DNA from: Eledone cirrhosa
Taxonomy: Eukaryota
Reading direction: 5' to 3'
NCBI GenBank assembly: GCA_964016885.1
Contig: OZ024741.1
Span: 311,612,001 to 311,676,000, forward strand
Length of the DNA: 64,000 bases
Shown here: piece after piece, positions 24,686-36,049 of the stretch
How positions within the stretch are numbered: the first letter of the stretch is position 1
How the letters are laid out: every line of letters starts with the position of its first letter
The notes under the pieces: generated by a model
Database searches by the model: none
Told to the model about the DNA's origin: nothing
The model's input: the letters and a program-made list of their open reading frames with translations, nothing else
Program-made: the position numbers and the translations under genes

Positions 24686-25739
24686 TTAGCTGGCCCGTCT
24701 GGCCTGCGCCCAGCTAGGTATACCGGCATTTTATATTTTCAGTATTCCCCCTCTACGCCAATGCAAAAATACCGCACGCCCTCTCAAATCAGCGAGGGGA
24801 GGGCTGTAACGTGCTCTGGTGTTGGGTTTTAATAGTTTTTAGAATTCTCCAGTTCAGCAGCCAGTACGTTAAAGAAAATTGATAGTTACAACAATAAAGG
24901 CCGAACAGAGAACACATTTTGTAACATGCTTTACAATAATTTGTACAACCATAATGTAAATTCCAAGTAACAGAAAAAACGTAAATTACATTGTTAGAGC
25001 CTCAGAGTATATAATATTTTTTTCCGGTCCTCGGGAGCAAAGATGAAGAGATTGTTTGGTGAGCTCACCATAGAGCATCCTACATTCAATTGACCATGGG
25101 AAAGGCATGATTTTGCCAGATGAAGGCCAACCAATTTTAGGGTTTGACCCTGAGCTTTGTTGATGGAATCGCGAAGTTTAGTCTCTCTGTTGCTCTAGTA
25201 ACACTTTTTCTTCTGGAAAATCTGATCTTGCGGTCAGGCTGGGACTTTTTGGGTGGCATATCGGCAGTAACAATGACGATACGCCGCCTGTGAAATCAAT
25301 CTGTGAACGCAGAAGTAAATATTTCGTAAAAGAGTACAACCGAAGGAAAACAGGAAGACGATACTTTGGTTCGTGAAGACAGACATATATTATAAGCGTG
25401 CGACGTTACAGCTATGTATCTAATGCAGACACCAGACATACATAGACATATTGTAAGGGCGCGACGTTATAGCTATGTATCTATCTAAAAAGACAGACTA
25501 AGAAAGAGAGGGGAATGTCGTATAACCGGAAGTGTTGACATTTGTACATTTTAAAGAAGTTAATATTTAAATAAACGATAAAATATCTTTAATCTTTTAA
25601 CAAAATTTAGAAGACAAAGATACCCTCACTTTCCCACTTGGTAAAATTTACATCTATAGTGCAAACCTGGTGCTATTTGGTGCAGCCGTTTGGCGAAAGA
25701 TTTGTTACATACGTACGGCCGTAAGATTCATAATATAGA
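24686..25739 (-). mobile_element. Internally deleted Helitron (RepHel N-terminus joined to the helicase C-terminus)
   Basis: 5' TCTATATTAT at 25739. ATG MPPKK at 25259 is followed within about 80 nt by INKAQGQTLKLVGLHLAKSCLSHGQLNVGCSMVSSPNNLFIFAP...NIIYSEAL. The 3' hairpin ends in CTAA at 24686. Confidence 0.85.
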
Positions 25740-26035
25740 TATATATATAGACATAGAATTATAAATGAGCGTAAGATAGATCAAGTAATTATATTTGTGC
25801 ATGTTATACATATACTTTAAGAATGTGAAAGTAATTATATTTTTTAATGTAAAGATGTATAGTATTATGCATAATCTATTATTGCATATGGTTAGTAAAA
25901 CGGCTCTTTTCAGTTTTAACGTTATCCTCATTAGCTTCAGTGTTGAACACTTATACATCTCTATTCACTATCCTCACTGAATTTATAACATGAATTTCAC
26001 GTGAAGAAATGTCACTATCTTAACACCAATTGTTA

Positions 26036-26096
26036 TATTTTATCTAACGAAAGCATAGTTAAATATTAGTACCATTGAAATACGTATAATAAAATA
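26036..26096 (+). ncRNA. Family C hammerhead with mutated core (CTAACGA)
   Basis: TATTTTAT-CTAACGA-...-GAAA-TACGTA-TA-ATAAAATA, followed by the same TGGTTTTATAAA tail as at 9560. Confidence 0.65.
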
Positions 26097-26241
26097 AATG
26101 TGGTTTTATAAAGATATTTTCCATTTATTAATATTATTGATATTAATGATACTCCAGATAAATATTGTTGAGTGCTTCTAATCTGTCATAAAATTAACCT
26201 TGTTGAATAATAAACGAACCAAATGACTCATTGTTTATATG

Positions 26242-26283
<42 letters not shown>

Positions 26284-26519
26284 TTTTTCTTCCCTTTACT
26301 TAGCTTCACTCTTCGTGTCTGTTTACATGTTTTTCTCTCCCCCTCCCCTTTTTATCCCCCAAAATCATTTCAGTTATTGTTCGCCCTAGGCTGGGGTATC
26401 TTGTCTCGAACGCGAAGAAATACCTATGATTCCTAGCAGACAAATGACGATGGATATTCCTCTCTTTCGCCATAAGTTTTCTTTTTCTTTATATATATAT
26501 ATATATATATAATTAAATA

Positions 26520-29245
26520 AAGAAGAGTAACATGGTTGGCTGTACAATACGGGCTTTATTCACAGTGCTGACAATTGTTTCGTTGATCTGTTAGGTCTAG
26601 AACTCGCTAATCGCTTGATGTTGCGTCAATCGATCACCAATACTTTGTTTACAACCAGAGAATACACCAGAGTTAGTGGATATGAGAATAATACGCAAGG
26701 CATGGCTTTTATACAAGAGTGGTGTTAGACTAGAACAATAACATCAGTAACAAAATATCTAGATAGTGAGTAATTAAAACAATAACATCAATACTAGTAA
26801 GAAATAGAACATAATGATAAAACAAGCATGGTAAACAAACAGAGATTTTACAGATGTATGAAATGACATGCGAAATCTACCATAGGGTACATGAAAAGTA
26901 GTAGTAAAGTGATACATTAACGTAGATGAAGAGATAAATAATAAAATATATTTAGAGTCAGATTTTGGAACCTACACTTTAAGTGCAATTATGAGAGATT
27001 TAGATACAAATGAGCTGTGGGTCTGAAACACGACCAACAATAAAACGGAGATTGATTTATGGTTTGACAGATAAGTGCTTGTAGTAGGTATTTTCACCTG
27101 CTGTATCGGCTTAGTGAGATTGATGGAGGGAGTGTATAGAGATTTATGGTTCTATGGTAGCTGGTATTAAGTGAAATTGTGAATTCAGTATGTTAAGGTT
27201 TAGGTGGTTTATTCTAAATTTTGGGATTACTAGTTCGAATCATGGGGGTTTAGTTTTCGCAACATCAATAACAAAATAGCGTATAATTAAGACAATAACA
27301 TCACCAATAAAACATGCATGGTAAATAGATAGAGAACATGATGAATAAAATTAGGGATAGGGTACATTGAGATGATAATAATAATAAGAAGAAAAAAATA
27401 GGCGATTCAAAGGAATGTAAGAGTAATGAGAAAATGTACTTAGAATTAAGTTCATCTATTAAAGTTCATGGGTGCTAATATGAGATATATAGATATAATT
27501 GTGTGGTTCGAAAGAATAAACAACAGCAAAGACAAAATTGATTTACGGGCTGACAAGATAATTGATAAATGTTTGTAGATATTCCTGCCCTATCTTGGTT
27601 GTATAGATGCATGGAGGCTGGAAGGTGTTTACAGGAGTGTATGGTTCTGAAATAGGCTGTGTGAGAATGCGGATTTCATACGTTAAAGTCTACGTGGTTT
27701 CCATTAATTTTGGGGATGGTGGTTCGAATCACGGTGGTTTAAATCTCGTAAATCTAGTAGCAATATTATGTCTACAGAAAATTGACCTTTCTATTTTGTT
27801 GTTAAGCAGTATTTTATCGTAAGATATGTAGCAATTCCAGGTTGCAGAGCCCGCAATTGGACATACCGCTGCTATAGATCTTTGTGGCTGCTAATTTCGA
27901 CCAGCTAATATTGTAATCAAGGTTTTTGTCCTTAAGTTGCCAGATTTTATTGGTGAGGGTTGTAGAATTTACCAGTGCACGGTTCCTCATTGAGTGTCTG
28001 TGGACATACCACCTTTTTTTAAATTTCCCCGCTGTGGATCCTATGTAGTGCCAGATGGAGTCGCCTGAGTTTACAGTACATATGTACACTAAGCTAGAAT
28101 CCAGGCACCTATTCCCTAATGGGCACTTATCTGGTAGGTGGTAATTGCAGTTTGAGGTATTATTCCGTCCAGCTTTGACATTGCGGTTTTGTAAGTTGTT
28201 ATGTGTGGGTTGCGATTATGCCTATTGAAGTGATGCTGTTATGTGTTTTTTGTTTTGTGTTTGGTGGTATTTTGCATATTGGTGGTGTAATTTCCTTAGA
28301 GGTATTTTTGTGGTTGATCTTACGTATGTTCGATTCTATGTTGGCTGCAGTCGAGTATGAAAGTTTTATAGTTTTTCTATTGAAGATTTTATGGTATCTA
28401 TGTGATGTAGGTAAGTGTTTATCTATTAGTTTAAAAAACGTAGAAGGCAGTTTAGTTCTTATAGAGGAGTTGAAAATCGGATTGAACCATAGGTACTCTC
28501 TTTCTCTAGTTCTATAGTTTTGGGGGTTTCTATAATTAGTGCACTGTTCTTCTACTCTTGGTGCTAGTTGTCTAGTTCTATGGCTACTCCTGTGTTTTTT
28601 TTTATTTTTGTATGAGCGGGTAGTGTTGGTGTTATCGGGTTTGTTGATGTTGTCCCTATCTGTTATAAACTGATGCTTTACCTTGTGTCCAGCCTTATGT
28701 AATGCTGCGTTATAATAATTAGCATGTTCATTAAAAATTTCCAGGTTTGAAGATAGGCGGGATATTCTGAGGGATATACTACGTGCATGGAGTTCATTAT
28801 GGATCGGGGGTGGTTTGAGTTGTAACTAATGTAGGCCAGATTTTCATTATTTTTATGGAAGTGTTCTATTAATCCTGTGTTTAGCTTTAGAGTTACATCT
28901 GAAATATTTGCTTTTTTAAAATTAAGTTTGAAAGTGATATCTAGGCCTAGTTTTTTGAAGAATATTCTAATGTTTTTTCGTAATCTTTCCATATTCTGGT
29001 TATTTAAGTTTTTAGCTATAAGGAACGTATCATCTCTATAAATTCCTCCTTGGAGGTTATTGAACTCTTTATGTAAGTTGTGTGCTATAAATATCCCCAC
29101 AACGTCCGTTATTTGAGTCGTTCGATCCCATTGTGATATCGGAGCTATTCTTCCTATTTTTTTAATTTTCCACTAGCTATTTTCGAATGTTATGATAGTC
29201 CTTCTAGCAGCTAGTATTATTTTAATTTCATCTGAGGTAAGGTCC
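26520..29245 (-). mobile_element. Decayed Penelope-like element (Naiad-like Cys pattern)
   Basis: RT motif GGIYRDD (ORF 28678-29100) and YISYNSNHP. The endonuclease reads CPLGNRCL...VYICTV...HYIGSTAGKFKKRW...IWQLK...YNISW...CGLCNLE. A degenerate HHR (GAAA-CAATTG-TC, then AATAAA) lies at about 26555-26645. Confidence 0.85.
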
Positions 29246-29467
29246 GATACTGCCAAGAAGGGGTTGACGGACCCAGCATATTTATCAATGCCAGGACCGG
29301 TTATATCTCAGCGTACTCCATGTGCAATGTAATATACATTCCCAGAGTATACACATAGTTATTCGCTTCAATACAACACACCTAAAACGGGCGCCTATAT
29401 TAGTACCGGGACTCGAGTTTCATCCGCACTATATATATATATATCTATCTATATATATCTATATATA

Positions 29468-29508
<41 letters not shown>

Positions 29509-29929
29509 ATACATATTCAACGCAGGAAGTAGGGTCGTTGGTAGCCGGTTCCTTATGTTTGAAGGTCAGTGACCTCAAATTTATAAATAGATTGGAGGTT
29601 GAGTTATGTGTGTCTAAATGTGGTGGAGGGGAGGGATTTGACGAAAATGTGGTGGTGGGAGCAGAGAATTGTATCTCTAGTGGGAACAGAGAGTTGCATC
29701 TTTTTTATCTGTTTGATTTCTTTTCAAATTTTGTATTTAGCCATTTGTATTAATCAATTTGAATGATTAAAATGCAATCGCGTCGAAATAAAATGTAAAC
29801 AACGATTGCATTGAGAAAATATATAAAAGATATTTACGCAAATTTTGCCACGTGCAGACGTATAGTTCCCGCCTTTGCCAATGTCTACAGTTGTTAGGAC
29901 CGCCATCTCCACCACCACAATGTCGAAAA

Positions 29930-32580
29930 GTACGTCGAAACCAGTGATACTACCAGCACCACCAACACCACCACCACAGCAACAACTGAAATAAAAAGAT
30001 TATATTGTGATAACAAAATGGATTCTCGCACTGGATTCTTCTACATTGAACGCCACTGACACGACCACCACCACAGCAACAACTGAAACAAAAATAATAA
30101 TAACAAAAATAACAATAACAGCAAAAGCAACAATAAGAATAACAAAAACACCACCAACACCAGCGCGAAACCAAATGCGGTTTTTGCAAAAGTGGCGAAC
30201 AAAAACAAAACGATTGACGTAAACCAGGAAGAACTGAATGAGTCCAGGCGAATGGTGAAGAAATATGGCTATAGGGTGAGCCTCACTCCCCCATCAAATA
30301 TCATGTAACATCACCGCCTATGTACTATATCATTCCGCACAATTAATATATAAACACGCAGAGTACAGCGGGCTTCCGAGTCCCATATCAAAAAAACGTT
30401 GGGACATGCGTGGGCTCAAAAACCCACATCGGACATGCCAAATATATGGGAGAGTGGACGTGTTCTTTGGAACCACACAGGAAACCAGAGAGCACTCCAT
30501 GTCCCCATTAAAAAGTGACGAGTTCACACTCGTCCCAAGCTACTGTGAGCAAAGGCTCGTAAGAGTAAGGGTGACCCAGGATTTGCCGGCCATTGAAATT
30601 CCCTGGCTGATGGCTGCCGTCTTCACCTACATCGAGGCCGACACAAAGGTGATCGAGGTGATTAAAGCAAAACAGGATAACTGGTAAGGATCTGGAATGG
30701 AGCTGCTGATCCAAGCGGTGGTCCAGAAGAACATCCAAGAGATTCCAGATGTAATAGGCCTCGATGACGGCAGCCACCTCACCATAATCGTTGAAGGTAG
30801 AAGGCGTAGGTGCGTCGTATGTGCCGCGGGAACTGATATACAGGCCTTCTGCTCGCAGGGAACAATGGCTAAAAAATTAAGGCGCCCTCTCCTGCCCACA
30901 ACACACGCTCAACCAGCAAAATCTGCAGCAGAAATGGCAACAGCAACTATAGTAGCAACGACAGCCACAACTGTAGTAACAACAGTAGCAAGACCAACAC
31001 CACCACCGCCTACCGCACTAGAAGTAGCAACAGCGCCTCCACGCTACAACCAACACCAATGCCTGTGGAAACATCCACTTCTCGACCTCTCACAACTGCA
31101 GATGGATTGTGACGAGGAGAAGGGGTGGGCAACTGTACCAGTAAGAAAAAAAGAAACCAGAAAAGTTAGAATCCATAGAAACCCCCCCCCCCCCAAAAAA
31201 GGCGAAACAAACTAAATAACAAGAAAGTTAAGACAGCTACACTACCACCCACACCAGCATCACCAGCCCCAACACCACAAACACCAACACCATCACCATC
31301 ATCAACCCCAACACCACCACCACCAACACCACAACAAACGCAAACACAACAAAGCAACGAATCTGAAACTGAAACACACTACACAACATTAAACTTGAAC
31401 AATAAGCAATTATTACACTACCCCCAACACAATACCAGCATCAGAGAGAAAAACTATACAACACCCCAACCATTCACATCACCCACACATACACATACCT
31501 CGTATCACACAGAATATATACACAACCCTGAAATCATAATTCCCCAAGGCCCTCGGAAATTTCAGACCAACACTTTCCAGGAGGATTTATAAAGACATCC
31601 TTCCGGAGAGGGCCACAAACAGTCAGAAGGACGGGAAAGCCATCCTTCCTCCACAAGAACTGAGGTAAGAGGTCTTTTCCATCTTTTGCCACTCCTTTTC
31701 AACATGATTTTACCCAGAATAAATGCACGTGGCCTGGGTTCGGCCTGGAAATAGGGTCACCCGCTCAATGACCTCAGATCAATGAACATATATGTGGTGG
31801 CCATCAACGAGACCAGAATTTCCGAGCCCATGCCTTCGCGCCCATCTTCGGTGGTTAAGATCAGTACGCATCTCCAAGCCGGTCGGGATCAGGAGGCGGA
31901 TTCACTGTGTTATTTCAGAGAAGCCTGGATCTCGTGATACGGACCATATTCCTGGACCCAGAAGGTAAGTCGGTGGTACTGGACGTGACCAGCAGCGAAG
32001 GCTATGCTTTTAGACTGGTGGATGTTTATGCCCCGACAGGAGCAGGGCGGCCTGATTTCTTCATGCGCCTGGAGACCTTCTTGGGAACATCCGGCTCTTT
32101 AAAGTTAGAGGGCGATTGGAACGGGATCTTGGGTACATGCTGGTATTGTAAAGGAGTAGCGCATGGGGTGGGGGGTCCAACTGTTTGATAGGTAGCGACT
32201 GGATTTCCCGATTGTGCCAGTGTGGACATGGACAAACAGCATAGGGTCACCCAGATCGTATCTAGATAGATTATTTGTGACGAAATAGATAGTTCTAGCA
32301 TAGGTTGTCTACAATTGAAAATAGTCGATGACACAGACCACAAACTCGTGTCCTGTGTGGTCGACTTAGATAGCTTCATATAGAGGGCCTGGCTACTAGA
32401 AGCTAAACGCGTCGTTGACAGCGTGTAAAGGCTACAGAGACCGGATTAGCGTACTAATTAAGCGGGTGTTGATGGGTGCAATCGACAACAAATGGTGGTT
32501 CACTATGAGAAGCGCAATTAAAATAAAGTCCATTAGGTTTAGTAAAGCGTTAGCAATAGAGAAAATTAGAGAAGAGGGAG
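29930..32580 (+). mobile_element. Tx1/L1-clade LINE, 5' part (ORF1 plus APE endonuclease), decayed
   Basis: Thr-rich ORF1 region, then INARGLG...NET and AFRLVDVYAPTG...LEGDWNGIL...RSYLDR...TDH; homologous to the elements at 36-53 kb. Confidence 0.85.
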
Positions 32581-32772
32581 AAACTCTATCTATATCTATC
32601 TCTCTATATATAAATTTTGAGTATATGTTGGTTGTTTACCGACACCTCAGTATACAGACTGGAGCACTCGACGAAGTACGCAGGTTGGTTTGTTTACTCC
32701 GGAGTAATGTAAGATAAAATTATTAAGTCAAATATGTAAAATTTGGCTTCGTTTATTATAACTTATAGATAT

Positions 32773-32827
32773 ACTGCTATATATATTTCGGTGACAGCGG
32801 TCATTGGCTGTGACCTCTTCAGGCAGT
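32773..32827 (-). ncRNA. Type I hammerhead ribozyme within a non-autonomous PLE derivative (about 32600-33280)
   Basis: ACTGC-CTGAAGA-GGTcACAGC-caatgacc-GCTGTcACC-GAAA-TATATA-TA-GCAGT, then AATAAA. The downstream about 40 bp (32714-32755) are repeated inverted at 33234-33274. Confidence 0.9.
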
Positions 32828-33444
32828 CCAAATAGGTATGGAAAAGAAAGGTACACATGTTGTTGAAGTGTGTTTTACTCCGTCAATACATCGATATGTC
32901 TAGCTCCTGGTTGTGTTGTTATTTCTCTGAGGAACTGGAATCATATGACTTAGAACAAACGAATTTCGGCGACATAGGACACACTCGCATCCCATTGGTC
33001 AGTTGTGAAAACATTCCTCAGTCAAAATTCTATAGAAATCTTTTCGGAGGCAAGATAATCTGTTGTAGCTGTATTTGTTTAAGTACAGCTGCCCTCCTCC
33101 ATTGTGTTGGTAGTGATAGTGGTGTTAGGGGTCAGCTGGTAGGTCAGCTTTAGTGTGCTGCTGTTATGTTCAGAAGAATTTGTGTGTGTAGGTTGGCATC
33201 TATCCTGCCACCATTTCACGTTGTGGGGGTGACAAACGAAGCCAAATTTTATATATTTGACTTAATTATTTTATATGTATATATATATATATCCCATGTA
33301 CGTCAAAGCTCATCTTTTACCATTTCTCCGAGTGTTCTTAACCCCACTATCAGGCTAAATAATTTTCTTTAATTTCTTTAGTCAAAATACGGCGGTAGCT
33401 TACATTTATAATTTCAAACTCGCTCGCTGTTTCGAAAATATTCT

Positions 33445-33493
<49 letters not shown>

Positions 33494-33498
<5 letters not shown>

Positions 33499-33625
33499 AA
33501 CAAGTAAGACCCCCGACGGCTGAGCTCAAGCCGTTTCGACGTCTAATTCTGTACTGAATCATTCAGTACAGAATTAGCCGTCGAAACGGCTTGAGCTCAG
33601 CCGTCGGGGTCTTACTTGTTCCTAT
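33494..33625. repeat. Palindrome between (TA)n tracts containing HHR 3' halves
   Basis: Arms are centred at about 33560 and contain GAAA-CGGC-ttgagctca-GCCG-TC. The CUGANGA half is lost at the fold-back point. Confidence 0.8.
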
Positions 33626-33701
33626 TACCCACTCTACTACCCTAAGTATTGAGTACTTTGGTGCGTTATGGTCCATCTGGTTCCTTACCACATTTCCCTC
33701 G

Positions 33702-33771
<70 letters not shown>

Positions 33772-33987
33772 GAAAATATAAATGAAAAGTATAGAAATTA
33801 TTGTAGCAAGAAGTCAACCGTATTCCATAAAATATAAGTGACTATAGCGTATAAATGGAAAAATAGTTAACGTAAGATGTGGGAAAATAATTCAAACTAA
33901 ATTCAAAAAGAATCAGGATATAGAGCCTTAACTCAGAATAAAAGAAAGTTTACTATACTCATCCTTCAATTTGGAAAAAACTACAAT

Positions 33988-34065
33988 GCTCTGTATAGTC
34001 TTAAAGACTATTTCACGAAACTTTCAGTGGGGATGGTCACGGTTGGAATCGATCATCAGCAGAGC
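33988..34065 (-). ncRNA. Type I hammerhead ribozyme with a full stem III
   Basis: GCTCTG-CTGATGA-tCGA...TCGt-GAAA-TAGTCT-tta-AGACTA-TA-CAGAGC. Confidence 0.85.
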
Positions 34066-34329
34066 TCAAAGACACGATAACCAAAGTATCACTGTTTATT
34101 ATATGCCAAAAAGGGAATTTAAAAGCAGGCTAGTTCAACATGATGCGTAATTATGAAGAAAAACGCACATGTAGAGACAGGGCTGGTGACGTCAGAATGA
34201 GACGAATGTCTGTTTACATGAAACAACAGTCAAAAACATTCCGAAAAAAATCTCTACAATATATGTAGTTCAGAAAAAGCAATATTATCGCAGTGTATAT
34301 ATATATATATATTAAAATAACAGATGAAT

Positions 34330-34416
34330 GTTTAGGCAAAGAATCGCAGCTTCCATCCTTAACAGGATCTTCAGAAGATTCCGTTAAGGGTGAAAGCTGC
34401 GATTCTTTGCTTAAAC
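34330..34416. repeat. Imperfect palindrome of two mutated HHRs; related copy at 53568-53615
   Basis: The minus arm reads CTGAAGA-tcct-gtta-agga-t-GGAA and the plus arm CAGAAGA-ttcc-gtta-aggg-t-GAAA. Confidence 0.6.
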
Positions 34417-34539
34417 TTTAATCTATTCTTTTAATAAATATTTGCTCTTGGGTTCTTATATATTTGATACATATTTATCCTTATCGAGCCCTTTTGGGAT
34501 TGTAGTCTTTACATTTATTATTATTAATTTATATCTATC

Positions 34540-35400
34540 ATCTAGGGCGGGTAACATTCCCGAGATCCATGGACGAGTTCTCTCCAGCGGTCTCTGTCCA
34601 TCATCATTGCTGTCATGTCCTGCGTATCCAACAGACCGGTGTCTGTCCTTAGGCCATCGAAATACGTTAACCTTGAACTTCATTTTCGAGTGTGTCCATG
34701 CAGGGCTCCCACAGGAGCACTAAGTGCAGTGTCAACTCTGGATGTCGCTGAGCATGTCCATTTAACCTCAGTCTCTTCTGTGTCACGTTTGAGCTGACAT
34801 TTGGGAGGCTCACATACAGCTATGAGTTTTTCATCCTCAGTGTATACAGATTAATGTTAAGAGCCATCCCCTTCATTCTAGCACCCATCCACCATCTGAG
34901 TGAGTTTCCTCGTCAGTGTCCAAGTCTCAGGCCCGTACAACAGCACAGACATCACTACAGCAATGAAGATGCGGATTTTCGGTCTTTACGAAGGTCCGAC
35001 CTCCACACCGATCTCAAGCTGTGGCACGCCGCCCAGGGTTTGTTCTTCCTCTCAACCACATCTACTTCCGTATTCCCAATCTTTGCTCCCAAATACAGGA
35101 AGTCCTCAACCAATTCTAGCGGCTTCCCGCCTATATTATTAATCCCCTCTGGCTTCTCAACATTCTCTACCAGATAGTTTGTCTTAGTCTCATTCATTTT
35201 CAGCCCCACACTCATCGACACAGTCTCAACCTCCTGCGTCAAAGCCTCTGCCTCCTTCACTGTGTGTGTCACCAATACTACGTCGTCGGCAAATTCAGCA
35301 TCCGATATATTTCTCGTCTTAACTATTCTGCTCTGAGCCGGTGTTACAGTAAAGCCAGGGTCCTGGTGTTTCCCCAGTGCAAGGCGCCTACAATAGTCCA
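34540..35400 (-). mobile_element. 5'-truncated RTE-clade LINE
   Basis: ISDAEFADDVVLV...SVGLKMNETKT...LELVEDFLYLGAKI, with C-terminal QGxRISMA and MMDRDRWRELV-like motifs. Confidence 0.85.
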
Positions 35401-35840
35401 CTTCGATATATATATATATACCAAAACAAAAAAAAAAAATTCCGCTCTAAATGGTTGAATACAATAAATGTAATCTGAGTTTTTCGAATATTAATAATAA
35501 CGTTCGATTCGTTTGCAATTATGCAAAGAAACCTTATTTTTAAAGCTATGTCAGTAGAATGAACCCTTCATTCTTGCTCTTGGGTTGGCATGTAAACAGA
35601 ACAGCAGACAATAATGTTTCTGGTTATCACCCTTCATCAGTACAGCTCACTGTTCACCTGCCAAATGTCAGAGCTAGTGAAAATATATGCTATTTTCTAA
35701 AATACACAGTGACTGATCGGCCTGATTTGCATATTAGCAGACTGGCTGATCAGTCAGATCTGCATATTAGCTGATGCACTGATGAGCCAGATTTGCATAA
35801 CAGCAAAACAAATAAAAAAAAACAAATATATATATAGAGT

Positions 35841-36043
35841 AATAATGGTTTCTAATATAGGCAAAAGGCCAGCAATTTTGGGTGAGGGGAGAGTCGATTA
35901 AATCGACCCCAGTGTGTGACCCCGTAAGGATGAAAGGCAAAGTTCACCTCGGCGGGATTTGAACTCAGAACATAAAGGGCCGTAACTCTTTGCTGCAATG
36001 CATGGCGTCCGACCCTCTACCGATACTGCCAATTCACCGCCCT
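35841..36043 (-). mobile_element. tRNA-derived SINE (Octopus-type)
   Basis: Minus strand GGGCGGTGAATTGGCAGTATCGG (A box), GAGTTCAAATCC (B box), gcctttcatcctt core and ATT tail. Fragments also at about 41770-41825 and 61872-61905. Confidence 0.8.
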
Positions 36044-36049
36044 TATATA

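Noticed and set aside
27770-28150. Selenocysteine-encoding Naiad PLE
   Set aside because: The Cys motifs inspected here and at 54520-54840 use ordinary codons; no in-frame TGA at those positions.
35769-35810. CTGATGAG as a hammerhead core
   Set aside because: No paired stem II/GAAA/NUH arrangement follows.
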